A DNA stretch of 64,000 bases from contig JBIJDH010000004.1 of NCBI GenBank assembly GCA_044344255.1, positions 384,001-448,000 of the forward strand. Direction: 5' to 3'. Below the pieces are notes generated by a model that was given only the letters and a program-made list of their open reading frames with translations, was not told where the DNA came from and did not search any database. The position numbers and the translations under genes are program-made. Origin of the DNA: Myxococcota bacterium. GTDB taxonomy: Bacteria; Myxococcota_A; UBA796; UBA2385. Of the stretch, positions 33,916 to 43,150 are shown one piece after another (position 1 is the first letter of the stretch; the number at the start of each line of letters is the position of its first letter).

Positions 33916-33944
33916 TTGACAGGGTGGAGGAGCGGCGATAGTCG
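33916..33944 (+). promoter_or_regulatory. Putative sigma70 promoter for tRNA-Trp
   Basis: Perfect TTGACA, 17-nt spacer, TAGTCG, ending 10 nt before the tRNA. Confidence 0.55.
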
Positions 33945-33954
33945 GACGCCACAT

Positions 33955-34027
33955 ACGGGTGTAGCTCAGTTGGTAGAGCAGCGGATTCCAAATCCGCAGG
34001 CCGTGGGTTCAAGTCCCTCCGCCCGTG
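33955..34027 (+). tRNA. tRNA-Trp(CCA), 3' CCA not encoded
   Basis: ACGGGTG...CGCCCGT-G acceptor; GCGGA-TTCCAAA-TCCGC. Confidence 0.93.
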
Positions 34028-34133
34028 CTTTCTTCTCTCGCGCCCCCGGGGCCGGTGGTATGTCCGGGCTTCGGGTGAGCGGCAGCGCTTGGCGAGACAG
34101 GATGCCTCGAGACAGGATGGTTGAGGTCCTTTG

Positions 34134-35834
34134 ATGGACCTCCCACCAGCCCGAGCATGGAGCGCGATCGCGCTGATCATCGTCCTGGCCGCGGTCCTGG
34201 TCGCGGCTTGGCCGGCGCTGGGTGGTCCCTACGGGACCGCACTCGGGCGCCCGACGGGGGAGGGCGCGGCCCACCTGTGGGGGCTTTGGACGAGCGCGGA
34301 GGGGCTGTGGGCAGAGGGCCCCTATGTCCGGGTCGCCGCCGTGGCTTGGCCGGATGGTTGGCGGGCCGATCTCGCCGATCCAATCCACCTGCTCGTGTTC
34401 GTGCCGGCTCTCTGGATCGGGCTCGGCCCCGCCCTGGCCTGGAACCTCGTCGTGGTCTCCACGATCGCCCTCGCCGGTGTCGGTGGTTGGCGACTCGGCG
34501 GGCGGCTTTGGCCGGGGAGCCCCGCGCCGCGCCTCCTCCTCACCGCCGCGCTGGTCAGCGCGCCGGCCCTCCACGGCGCGCTGCCCCTCGGGCGCTCGGA
34601 GTACCTCCCGGGGGCGTGGATCGCGCTCCCCCTCTCGCTCCTCTGGGAGGCCCTCCAGCCGGGTGCGGGTCGAGGGCGTGCGGCGCTCGCGATCCTCGGC
34701 ATGGTCCTCCTCGGTCACGCCGGCCCACAGCTTGTCCTCGGCCTGTTGATCTTCGGGATGCCGCTGCTCGTCAAATCTTGGCTGTGCGGCACCCGCGCGG
34801 CTCGCGTCCGCCTGGGCTGGGTGCTGGGCCTGTCGGTGCTCGGCCTCTTGCCCCGCCTGTGGAGCCTCGTTGAGGTGGAGCCCTGGTGGCTCCAGCGCCT
34901 CGCGAGCCCGGTCTTGCTCCCCGATCCCTCTCAGTGTCGCTCCCCCTTCGCCCTCCTGCGCTACTGGCCGATCGAGGTCCAAGGGCATGAGCTGGAGGTT
35001 CCGGCCTATGCCGGCCTGGCCCTGGTGCTCGGCGCGGCGCTCTCGCTCAGCTTGTCGCCCCGTCGGGTCGCGCCCTGGCTCGGACTTGGCCTCGGCTTCC
35101 TCGCGGTCTGCCTCGGCCCCCGATGGGTGTTGGGAGGGTCCACCGATCTGCTCGGCCCGGCCGCGCTGCTGCAGGCCTTGCCGCCGCTCCGCGCCTTTCA
35201 CGGCTGGTCGCGTTGGATGATCCTGCTCTCCCTCCCGTTCGGCCTCGCGATCGGCCATGGAGTCCACCGCCTCGGGGGTCATAGACCCCGGCTCGGGGCC
35301 GCCATCGCGCTCGGCGTCTCGGCCTTGTTGATGCTCGACGGGCTGAGCTGGCGGCCGGTGGAGCCGGCGGCCTTCTCTCTCCGCCCACCGCCCCTCTTGG
35401 AGGCCGCGCTGGGGCGGCTACCGGCGGGGCCCCTGCTCGAGCTCCCGGTGCGCCAGGGGGACGCCGTCGCCGAGCGCCGGTCGGAGGACGCCTCGCTGCT
35501 CTGGGCGCGCGCCTGGGGCCGGCCGACCCAGCTCGCGCCGTCTCCAGCCGAGTCTTCGGTGGAGCGCTCCAACCTGCTCATGCGCTTGCCGATGGAGCTC
35601 GACCGCTTGCAGCGAGATCCGTGCTTGTCGCGCTCGGTGGCAGCGCTGATGGACCTCGGCTTTGTCGGGCTGGTCTTCCACCTCGACCGCGCGCCGGCCA
35701 ATCGCCGCCAGGCCAGCCTCGAGCTGCTTCAGGGCCTCCTCGGTCCGGCGATCTCCGGCGGTGACCCCGAGCGACCGGTCTGGGCCCTCTCTGTCCCGCC
35801 GGGGTCCGCGTGCGCCGAGGCTGTCCCGGGGTAG
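34134..35834 (+). CDS. Polytopic membrane protein, probable GT-C-fold glycosyltransferase-like
   Basis: Many TM segments, HLWGLW and WPDG first loop, PALAWNL, soluble C-terminal domain with GPLLELP. Confidence 0.55.
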   Translation: MDLPPARAWSAIALIIVLAAVLVAAWPALGGPYGTALGRPTGEGAAHLWGLWTSAEGLWAEGPYVRVAAVAWPDGWRADLADPIHLLVFVPALWIGLGPALAWNLVVVSTIALAGVGGWRLGGRLWPGSPAPRLLLTAALVSAPALHGALPLGRSEYLPGAWIALPLSLLWEALQPGAGRGRAALAILGMVLLGHAGPQLVLGLLIFGMPLLVKSWLCGTRAARVRLGWVLGLSVLGLLPRLWSLVEVEPWWLQRLASPVLLPDPSQCRSPFALLRYWPIEVQGHELEVPAYAGLALVLGAALSLSLSPRRVAPWLGLGLGFLAVCLGPRWVLGGSTDLLGPAALLQALPPLRAFHGWSRWMILLSLPFGLAIGHGVHRLGGHRPRLGAAIALGVSALLMLDGLSWRPVEPAAFSLRPPPLLEAALGRLPAGPLLELPVRQGDAVAERRSEDASLLWARAWGRPTQLAPSPAESSVERSNLLMRLPMELDRLQRDPCLSRSVAALMDLGFVGLVFHLDRAPANRRQASLELLQGLLGPAISGGDPERPVWALSVPPGSACAEAVPG

Positions 35835-35856
35835 GAGGGTTCGCTCTGGAGGACCA

Positions 35857-36261
35857 TTGGGCAAGAACCCGTACATCCAGGCGGAGGTCCCTGACCCGCC
35901 CCTTCGCGCCTACACGCTCACCTTGAAGAACACCGGCCAGCGCTTCCGGGTTGATCCCACCTCGCTCCCCGCCGCCCACGAGGGCCACCGGGGATCGATC
36001 CTCACGATCTTGCTGGAGGCAGGCGTCGAGATCGACCACTCCTGCGGGGGCGTCTGCGCCTGCTCCACTTGTCACGTCTACGTCGAGGCGGGCGGCGACA
36101 CCGCCCCCGAGCCCATTGAGGAGGAGGAGGACATGCTCGACTTCGCCCCCGCGGTGCGGTCCAACTCTCGCCTCTCCTGCCAGTGTGTGCCGAACGGCAG
36201 CCAGGACGTCGTGGTCGAGATCCCGAGCTGGAAGCGGAATGAGGTGTCCGAGGAGGGCTGA
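35857..36261 (+). CDS. 2Fe-2S ferredoxin (adrenodoxin/ISC Fdx-like)
   Basis: CGGVCACSTCH and SRLSCQ; TTG start after GGAGGA. Confidence 0.92.
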   Translation: MGKNPYIQAEVPDPPLRAYTLTLKNTGQRFRVDPTSLPAAHEGHRGSILTILLEAGVEIDHSCGGVCACSTCHVYVEAGGDTAPEPIEEEEDMLDFAPAVRSNSRLSCQCVPNGSQDVVVEIPSWKRNEVSEEG

Positions 36262-36309
36262 GCTCCCCGAAGGCCGGAGTCAGGGGATACTCCAGGTGGG
36301 GGGCGCCTG

Positions 36310-37341
36310 GTGAGCATCCGACTCAGTTCAAGGTCTGCGGGCTCAGTGCTCCGCTCCGTGGTGCGCTCCATCGGCCTGCTGGGCGGCCTGCTGATCACGG
36401 GTGTGCTCGGCTACACCCTCATCGAGGGCTGGTCGGTGCTCGACGCCGTCTGGATGGTGATCATCACCATCACGACGATCGGCTACGGCGAGCCCCATCC
36501 GCTCAGCGCCGCGGGCCGAGTCTTCACCCTGTTCTTCATCTCCGGCGGAGTGGGCGTCGGCGCCTATTCGATCAGCCAGGTCACACAGCTCGCCCTCGAG
36601 GGGGAGATTGGCAAGCTGCTGCGAGAGCGGCGACAGAGGTGGCAGATGAAGGGGATGAGCGGTCACTTCATCGTGGTGGGCTACGGCCGACTCGGGAAGG
36701 CTGTGGTGGCGGAGCTGCTTGACGCCGGCGTCCCGGTCTGCGTCATCGAGCAGCAGGGGCAGGCCGCCGAGGTGCACCACGGTGGGCGCCTCGTGCCCTT
36801 CATCAAGGGGGACGGGGCCGACGACGACGTCTTGCGCCAGGCGGGCATCGAGCGCGCGCGGGGGGTGGCGATCACCGCCGCCCCGGTCGCCGACGCCGTG
36901 TTCATCACCCTCTCGGCGCGCCAGCTCAACAAGTCGGTGCCGATCCTCACCCGGGTCGAGAGCGACGCGGACGCGATCAAGGCGCGGCGGGCCGGGGCCA
37001 CTCAGGTCGTGAGCCCGCACATCATGGGCGGATGGCGGATGGCCCACGGGCTGGTGCGGCCCAACACCATGAACTTCCTCGACATCGCCACCCTCTCCTC
37101 TCGTGAGGATCTGCTGCTCGACGAGATCCTGATCGACGAGCACAGCCCCCTCATCGGCCAGACCATCGGCGCGCTCGGCGTGGCGCGCGCCCACCGTGTC
37201 CTGGTGGTCGCGATCCGGACCGTGACGGGCGAGATGCTCCCTGTGCCGGGCCCCGAGGTGCGCCTCTGCGGCGGGGAGGTGCTCATCGTCGTCGGCGTCC
37301 CCGCGGGGGTGCGCGCCTTCAGCGCGAGCATCTCTCGCTGA
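36310..37341 (+). CDS. Potassium channel protein with RCK (TrkA-N/C) domains
   Basis: Selectivity filter TTIGYG; GYGRLG Rossmann motif. Confidence 0.92.
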   Translation: MSIRLSSRSAGSVLRSVVRSIGLLGGLLITGVLGYTLIEGWSVLDAVWMVIITITTIGYGEPHPLSAAGRVFTLFFISGGVGVGAYSISQVTQLALEGEIGKLLRERRQRWQMKGMSGHFIVVGYGRLGKAVVAELLDAGVPVCVIEQQGQAAEVHHGGRLVPFIKGDGADDDVLRQAGIERARGVAITAAPVADAVFITLSARQLNKSVPILTRVESDADAIKARRAGATQVVSPHIMGGWRMAHGLVRPNTMNFLDIATLSSREDLLLDEILIDEHSPLIGQTIGALGVARAHRVLVVAIRTVTGEMLPVPGPEVRLCGGEVLIVVGVPAGVRAFSASISR

Positions 37342-37356
37342 GCGAGGCCCGTCGGG

Positions 37357-38043
37357 TCAGCGTTCGCCGAGGGCGCCGGTCGCCGGGCTCAGGGCGAAGC
37401 GAGCCGCGTCCATCCGACCGCTCGCCAGCATCGAGACGTAGCGGCTGCCGGTGATGATCAGGTGGTCCAGCAGCGGGATGCCGAGGAGCTGCCCGAGGCG
37501 GGCGATGCGCTCGGTGACGATCACGTCCTCGTGGGAGGGCTGCGGATCGCCGCTCGGGTGGTTGTGGACCAGGATCAGGGCCGCCGCCCCCGCCTGGATG
37601 GCCGGGCGAAAGACCTGTCGGGGCTCGACGATGGTCGCCGCCGAGCCGCCGCGGCTGATGAGCATACAGGCGAGGATCTGCTGCCGGCGGTCGACATAGA
37701 CGGCGTGAAGCTCCTCGACCTCCAGCGGCCCGAGGCGCCCTCGGAGGTGCAGGTAGATGTCCTCGGCTTCAACGGCCCGCCCCAGCACCGGCGGGCAGCG
37801 GTTGGCGGCGCGCAGGCCCGCCTGCAAGGCGGCGTGCAGGCGCAGGGCCCGAATGGGTCCGAGACCGCCGCGAGTGCGCAGCGCGGCGACCGGGGCCTGC
37901 GAGAGGGTGGCGAGGTCGCCGAAGCTGGCGAGGAGCTGATCGGCGGCGCCGCCGCCCTCCGCGTCCCCGAGGGCGAGGCGTAGGATCTCCAGATCACCGA
38001 GCCCGTTGGGGCCCTCGAGCGTGTAACGGTCCTGGGTGTACAT
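37357..38043 (-). CDS. radC: RadC (JAB/MPN domain) protein, full-length form
   Basis: LVHNHPSGDPQPSHED, LLDHLII, N-terminal HhH-like GLGP; AGGAGG SD. Confidence 0.92.
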   Translation of the reverse strand: MYTQDRYTLEGPNGLGDLEILRLALGDAEGGGAADQLLASFGDLATLSQAPVAALRTRGGLGPIRALRLHAALQAGLRAANRCPPVLGRAVEAEDIYLHLRGRLGPLEVEELHAVYVDRRQQILACMLISRGGSAATIVEPRQVFRPAIQAGAAALILVHNHPSGDPQPSHEDVIVTERIARLGQLLGIPLLDHLIITGSRYVSMLASGRMDAARFALSPATGALGER

Positions 38044-38066
38044 GATGAACCTCCTGCTCGAGCGCT

Positions 38067-38082
38067 TGCAGGAGGCGTGCCA
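38067..38082 (-). promoter_or_regulatory. Putative sigma-54 (-24/-12) promoter upstream of radC
   Basis: Minus strand TGGCAC-GCCTC-CTGCA, exact GG-N10-GC spacing, about 12 nt before the SD. Confidence 0.6.
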
Positions 38083-38165
38083 TTGTAGTTCCAGGGACTT
38101 GGAGCCTGTCGACCGCTGTCACTGTCCGAAGATCCACCAGGACCTTCGTCACCCTGGGCCCGCCC

Positions 38166-39167
38166 CTACTGCAGGCCGACCTCGATCTGGAAGCCGACCT
38201 GATCGGCGGGCAGGCCCTCCTGGGCGCGGAGGCTGCCGGTGGGGCTGGCGCCGAGCACGGTGAGGGTGCTCCGCAGCGAGGCCGCTTCGGCGGCGGGCAC
38301 GAGCACCGTCACCTTGATGAAGTCCTGCTCGGCGCTGAGCGCGAAGGGGGCCAGCGCCGCTCCGCGCGGATCGTAGACCTTTCCGCCCCGGCCCTTCGCG
38401 GCCGCCGAGAGGGTGTAGAGGGCGTTGGGGTCGTCCGTGCGCAGGCTGTAGAGGTAGGTGCTTCCGCCCGCCTGCGCGGCGCTCCCGTCGCGGGCTGGGG
38501 CGCCGTCTGGGGTGCCGCCCTCGGGCTCGCTCGCCTGCTCCCAGTCGGGGCTGTACGGCTCTACGCCGGAGCCCGTGCCGGAGCTGGAGCGTGCGCCGAC
38601 CGGGGTGCCGCCGAGGGTGCCTCCGCTGGGCACAGTGTTGAAGGTCACGCCATCCGCCGAGCTCACGAGGGGGATCGGGCCCTCCGCTCCCTCCACCGCG
38701 GCGCCCACCACGGGGGCCTCGGACGGCGCTTCGGCCCGCGGGGTCGCGCTGGTGGCGGAGATATCCCCAGGGAGGGGCGCCGTGGAGGCGGCCGAGCGGC
38801 GCTCGGCGGCTACCCCGGCCTCGTCGACCTCGGGGCGACCCTGGATCATGATGACGACCACCACGGCGGCGGCGGCGAGGGCCATCGCCTCGACGGGCAC
38901 GCGGGCGAACCACCGGCGGAGGCGGAGCGCCGGGCGGGTGGGGAGTGGCTCGTCGCGGACGGACTCCATCACCCGGGCGTGGAAGCCCCTCGGCGCCTCG
39001 GTGGGCCCCTCGCGCCGCAGCAGGTCGACGCTCCGGCGCATCGCCTCGTACTCCCGCTTCAGCGCCGGATCGCGCTCGATGGCTTCGGACAGCGACGCCG
39101 CCTCGGCGTCGTCGAGGGCGCCGTCGAGGTAGGCGGAGAGGCGGTTGCGAGCGAAGAAGGAGTCCAT
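38166..39167 (-). CDS. Anti-sigma factor (zf-HC2-like N-terminus, one TM)
   Basis: RLSAYLDGAL..EA motif, single TM, directly downstream of the ECF sigma. Confidence 0.75.
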   Translation of the reverse strand: MDSFFARNRLSAYLDGALDDAEAASLSEAIERDPALKREYEAMRRSVDLLRREGPTEAPRGFHARVMESVRDEPLPTRPALRLRRWFARVPVEAMALAAAAVVVVIMIQGRPEVDEAGVAAERRSAASTAPLPGDISATSATPRAEAPSEAPVVGAAVEGAEGPIPLVSSADGVTFNTVPSGGTLGGTPVGARSSSGTGSGVEPYSPDWEQASEPEGGTPDGAPARDGSAAQAGGSTYLYSLRTDDPNALYTLSAAAKGRGGKVYDPRGAALAPFALSAEQDFIKVTVLVPAAEAASLRSTLTVLGASPTGSLRAQEGLPADQVGFQIEVGLQ

Positions 39168-39194
39168 GGGTCCACCCTGAAGGGGGCTCGGTGT

Positions 39195-39824
39195 TCAGTC
39201 GAAGATGTCGTCCTTGCCGATGAAGCGGGAGAGGCTCCGAGCGAGCTGGGCGCGGGCGCGGTGGAGCCGGCTCTTCACCGTCCCCCGCGCGAGCTCCAGG
39301 ATATCCGCGATCTCTTCATAAGCGAGGCCATCCACGTCGCGGAGGATGACGATGGCGCGATGGCTCTCATCGAGCTCCTCCAAGGCCTCGAGGACGAGCT
39401 TGCCTGCCTCTGACCTGTGCAGGGCCTCATCGGTTCCCGGTCCGGGGTGCGGGAGCTCTCGCGGCGGCGCGTCGTCCCCGCCGAGGCCCTCGAGCGGCTC
39501 GTGGCGGTCGCTCGCCCGACGGCGGCTGTAGCTGCGGCGGTTCTTGCAGTGGTTGACCGCGATCCGGAAGATCCAGGTCGAGAATTTGGAGTCCCCGCGG
39601 AAGTTCGGCAGGCTTCGATAGACGGCGAGGAAGACCTCCTGGGCCACCTCCTCTGCCGCCTCCCGCTCCCCGAGCCAGCGCAAGCAGATGGTGAACACCC
39701 GGTCTTGATACCGGGTCACCAGCAGCGAGAAGGCCTCCCGGTCGCCCTCACAAAAGCGGCGAACGAGCTCTTCGTCCGCGGCCCCGGAGGTGCCGGGGCC
39801 CGACCCGGGAGCGCCCAAAGCCAT
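39195..39824 (-). CDS. ECF-family RNA polymerase sigma factor
   Basis: AEEVAQEVFL, FRGDSKFSTWIFRIAVN, YEEIADIL..GTVKSRLHRAR. Confidence 0.93.
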   Translation of the reverse strand: MALGAPGSGPGTSGAADEELVRRFCEGDREAFSLLVTRYQDRVFTICLRWLGEREAAEEVAQEVFLAVYRSLPNFRGDSKFSTWIFRIAVNHCKNRRSYSRRRASDRHEPLEGLGGDDAPPRELPHPGPGTDEALHRSEAGKLVLEALEELDESHRAIVILRDVDGLAYEEIADILELARGTVKSRLHRARAQLARSLSRFIGKDDIFD

Positions 39825-39827
39825 GCG

Positions 39828-40283
39828 CTACTCGTCGTCCTCGATGCCAGTGGCTTCCATCTTGAGCGGGGTCCCGTTGCGGACGGAGTCCTGCACCGCG
39901 GCGAGGGTCACGCGCGCCAGGGGGAAGAGCGCCTTCTTGAAGCGGGCGCCCTTGAGGGTGACCCCGTCCATATTGGCGAAGTCGAAGTCCGTGCCCTCGA
40001 GCGTCGCCAGGTCGAGCACCGCGTTCTGGAGGTTTGCGTTCCATAGGCTGGCGCGATCGAGGTGCGCGCCACGGAAGCTCGCCCCGGACAGGTTCGCCTC
40101 GGCCAGCTTGGCCCAGCGGAGGTCGAGGTTGTCGAAGGTGAGACCAGACAGGTCAGCGCCGCGCATGTCGGCCTCCACGAGCGAGACTCGCTTGCGGATG
40201 GCCTCTTGGACCTGCTTTCGGGTGAGGGTCTCGGGGGTGCTGGTCAGGTCGTCCGCCTCAGCGGTGCTTCGTTTGATGCTCAT
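39828..40283 (-). CDS. Pentapeptide repeat protein
   Basis: A(D/N)Lxx repeats: ADMRG ADLSG...AKLAE ANLSG...ANLQN AVLDL. Confidence 0.9.
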   Translation of the reverse strand: MSIKRSTAEADDLTSTPETLTRKQVQEAIRKRVSLVEADMRGADLSGLTFDNLDLRWAKLAEANLSGASFRGAHLDRASLWNANLQNAVLDLATLEGTDFDFANMDGVTLKGARFKKALFPLARVTLAAVQDSVRNGTPLKMEATGIEDDE

Positions 40284-41260
40284 TCTTGACTCAGGGCGGG
40301 AGGAGGGCCGGTGAGCAAGCGCACCGCCTGGGTCGCGACCGTCCCCAAGGGGGCGCTGCCGAGCGCGTCGGACCAGTGTACGCCGCCGGGGTTGAGCGTG
40401 TTGACCTCGACGAGGCGCCCGCCGATGATGTCCAGGCCGGCGATGCGTATCCCGTTGGCCAGGAGCCGGGGACCAATCACGGCCGCGATGGCCTCGTCTG
40501 TCGCCTCGATGGGCACCGGGCAGGGCTGCCCCCCTTGGCGGAGGTTGTGGCGGAACTCACCGGGGCCCTGGCGCCGGAGGTAGGCGCCCAGCAGCTCGCC
40601 GTCGACCCAGAAGAGCCGCTTCTCGCCATCGACGGCCTCGGGCAGGTACTCCTGGACCACGACGGGACCTCCGTGGGCGACCGAGCGGGCCTGATCGACG
40701 GCCTGGTCGAGCAGATCGAGGCGGCGAGGTGGGACCAGGGCCACCCCGCGTCCTCCGCTGGCGCTCGCAGGCTTGACAACGATCGCGCCCCGCTGGTTCT
40801 CGGCGAACGCGGCGATCGAGGCGCGGCTGGAGGTGACGATGGTCGCCGGGCGTGGCACGCCGGCCTGGGTGGCCAGCCAGGCCTTGCTGCGGGTGCGGGC
40901 GATGCCAGCGGGGTCGTTCACCACCACGACCCCTTGCTCTTGCGCGATCATCGCGGCGTGGAGCGTGTCTGGGCCGAGCGGGTTGACGCGGATGAACAAA
41001 CGGTCGCAGGTCGACAGCTCGGTGAAGCGCCGGGGCAGGTCGCGGGTGGTGATGCGGCGGCAGAGCTCCAGTCGGTCGGCGATGGGCTCGTCCAAGGACC
41101 AGGCCCGCATGACGAGGCGCCCGCCGGCGGTGATCTCGAGGTCCGCTGGCTCGCATAGCCGAACGGTGTGACCGAGCTGGGCCGCGGCGTGGATGAGGTG
41201 CACCGTGGTCCAGGTCGGATCCATCACCGTGGTGCTGGTGACGAGGACGGCGAGGCGCAT
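40280..41260 (-). CDS. gshB: Glutathione synthetase-like ATP-grasp ligase
   Basis: VKPASASGGRGV, VVQEYLP..DGEKR, FRHNLRQGG, GLDIIGGRLVEVN; divergent from canonical GshB. Confidence 0.7.
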   Translation of the reverse strand: MRLAVLVTSTTVMDPTWTTVHLIHAAAQLGHTVRLCEPADLEITAGGRLVMRAWSLDEPIADRLELCRRITTRDLPRRFTELSTCDRLFIRVNPLGPDTLHAAMIAQEQGVVVVNDPAGIARTRSKAWLATQAGVPRPATIVTSSRASIAAFAENQRGAIVVKPASASGGRGVALVPPRRLDLLDQAVDQARSVAHGGPVVVQEYLPEAVDGEKRLFWVDGELLGAYLRRQGPGEFRHNLRQGGQPCPVPIEATDEAIAAVIGPRLLANGIRIAGLDIIGGRLVEVNTLNPGGVHWSDALGSAPLGTVATQAVRLLTGPPPALSQE

Positions 41261-41309
41261 CCGGCTCCTTCAAAGGGGGAGGCGCGGGTATCTCAGCCCC
41301 CTCGGCCCT

Positions 41310-42335
41310 TCAATCGTGCTTCCCAACCTTTTGGGGGGCGCTCGGCCCTCCGCTCGGCTTCGCGGCGGCGCCGGTCGCCTTCTCGAGCTCGACCGCCAGG
41401 GTCAGCGCCATCTCTCGCAGGGGCTCCGGCGCGTCGGGCTGGGCGATGACCAGCGTATAGAGCCCGAGGGCCTCCCGGGGCTGTCCCCGGCGTCGGAGCA
41501 GATCGGCGAGGATGTAGGTGGAGCGGATCTTCTTGTCCATCGGGAGGTCTGGCAGGCGGAGGCCCTCCTTGAAGGCCTCGATCGCCCGGTCCTGGTATCG
41601 GAGCTCGGCCGCGACCCCCACCCGGAAGCGGGCTACCGCGGCCGCCTCCTTCTCCGTGAGGGGCGACGCAGCCTCGAAGGCGCGGAGGTAGCTGTCCCGC
41701 TCGGTGGGGTAGCCGCCGCGCGCCGCCACGCGCGCGAGGTTGTAGAGCAGGATCTTCCGTTGGGCGGGCGGGAGGCTCTTCTTGAGCTCCAGCGCCCCTT
41801 GGTCGAGCAGCGCGCGGGTCGCGGCGGGCCCCTCGAGGCCCTCGTAGACGCCCACCGCCTCGTCGCGGCCCGTCCAGCTCGCCTCCAACAGCAGCTCGGC
41901 GATGAAGAGCTTGTCCCGACCGAGCTCCCTGTACATCCGAGCTGCGATGCCGTACCGGTCCCAGACCGCCGGGTTCGCCTTGTCCGGGAGCCGGCTGAGC
42001 TCGTCGGCCAGCGCAGCGCGGAGGCGAGGCTGGGCGGCGGCGTCGAGCGGGCGGGCCATGTCGACGCCAAGGAGCGAGAACAAGGTCGAGGGGCAGGTGG
42101 AGACCGCCCAGGTGCGGTGTTGACCCTCCACCGAGTAGGCCGCGAGGTCGGAGTCGAAGCCCCCGTGGGTGTTCGCCGCGACCTTCGTGTACACCTTCAC
42201 GTTGCCCTCCCCGAGGGGGCAGGTCACCGAGGTCACCTGGAGCTGGGTCGCCTCGGCGGGGGCCCCCCGCGTGAGGGCCGCGAGGCCGATGCAGAAGGTC
42301 AGGGTGCGGAGGTTGACGAGGGTGCGGCGGGCCAA
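41310..42335 (-). CDS. Exported DUF2225-like protein with TPR-like helices
   Basis: VTCP...FDSDL...VSTCP N-terminus; AELLLEASW; YILADLLRRRG; signal-like N-terminus; start uncertain. Confidence 0.6.
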   Translation of the reverse strand: MARRTLVNLRTLTFCIGLAALTRGAPAEATQLQVTSVTCPLGEGNVKVYTKVAANTHGGFDSDLAAYSVEGQHRTWAVSTCPSTLFSLLGVDMARPLDAAAQPRLRAALADELSRLPDKANPAVWDRYGIAARMYRELGRDKLFIAELLLEASWTGRDEAVGVYEGLEGPAATRALLDQGALELKKSLPPAQRKILLYNLARVAARGGYPTERDSYLRAFEAASPLTEKEAAAVARFRVGVAAELRYQDRAIEAFKEGLRLPDLPMDKKIRSTYILADLLRRRGQPREALGLYTLVIAQPDAPEPLREMALTLAVELEKATGAAAKPSGGPSAPQKVGKHD

Positions 42336-43147
42336 GGGGCGGCTCCAGCGGGGGCGAGGTTCGGCGAGGCGGGCGCGGCGCCCGCTCCCAGCAGGCCCTC
42401 CCGGGTGAACAAGGCGACGGGGAGGGCGGCGTCGGCGACGACCTCGCGGGACAGCACCTCGATCCGGGTGTGGGTGCCCTTCTGGAGGTCGGTCATGCGG
42501 GTCTGGCGCGCGGAGACGACCCCGCCCACCGTCTCGGTGCTGAGGAGCTCGAGGCGCTTGGCCAGGGCGCCCTTACGGTCGAAGAACTCGATCTGGTGGG
42601 GCAGCTGGTCAGACTTCCAGATCGTCAAGACCGCGCGGCTGTAGCTCGACTCTCCGCGGGGGACGCGCTCGATCACCCAGACCTGGGCGTCTTGGCGGAG
42701 CAAGCTGTGGCTGGCGTCGGCGTCGAGCTCGAGGTCTTCAAAGCGGAAGTCGCTCCCGAGGAAGGCCCCGCCGCGCGCCGCGCCGGAGACCCGCGTGACC
42801 CGTCGCAGGGCCGGGAGGTAGAGCAGCCGCTCGTCATCGGGGCCGGGGCGGTCGATCACGACGAGGGCCGTCCCGGCCACGTCGGCGGGGGCGGAGAAGC
42901 GCGCGAGCGTCAGGAGGGTGGAGCCGTCCCGCCGGACCTTGAGCTCGAAGCTGCGCACCTTCTCGGCGCCGGCCCGATCGACCACCACCATCCTCATCTG
43001 CTGGATCGAGGCTCCGCCAGCCTGTTGGGCCTGGCGGGCGGCGAGCACGATCTCACTCGCGGTGGCGGTGGCGGCGGTGGCAGGGGCGGCGGCCGAGGCC
43101 GGCGCGGCGATGCCGAGCAGGAGCGTGAGGATCGCGGCGCGCAGCAT
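42299..43147 (-). CDS. Outer-membrane lipoprotein-sorting (LolA-like) protein
   Basis: RFSAPADVAGT, LYLPALRRVTRV, FLGSDFRFEDL. Confidence 0.85.
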   Translation of the reverse strand: MLRAAILTLLLGIAAPASAAAPATAATATASEIVLAARQAQQAGGASIQQMRMVVVDRAGAEKVRSFELKVRRDGSTLLTLARFSAPADVAGTALVVIDRPGPDDERLLYLPALRRVTRVSGAARGGAFLGSDFRFEDLELDADASHSLLRQDAQVWVIERVPRGESSYSRAVLTIWKSDQLPHQIEFFDRKGALAKRLELLSTETVGGVVSARQTRMTDLQKGTHTRIEVLSREVVADAALPVALFTREGLLGAGAAPASPNLAPAGAAPWPAAPSSTSAP

Positions 43148-43150
43148 GGT

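Noticed and set aside
37357..38043. radC as a mobile-element marker
   Set aside because: Full-length chromosomal-type RadC among housekeeping genes; no mobility genes nearby
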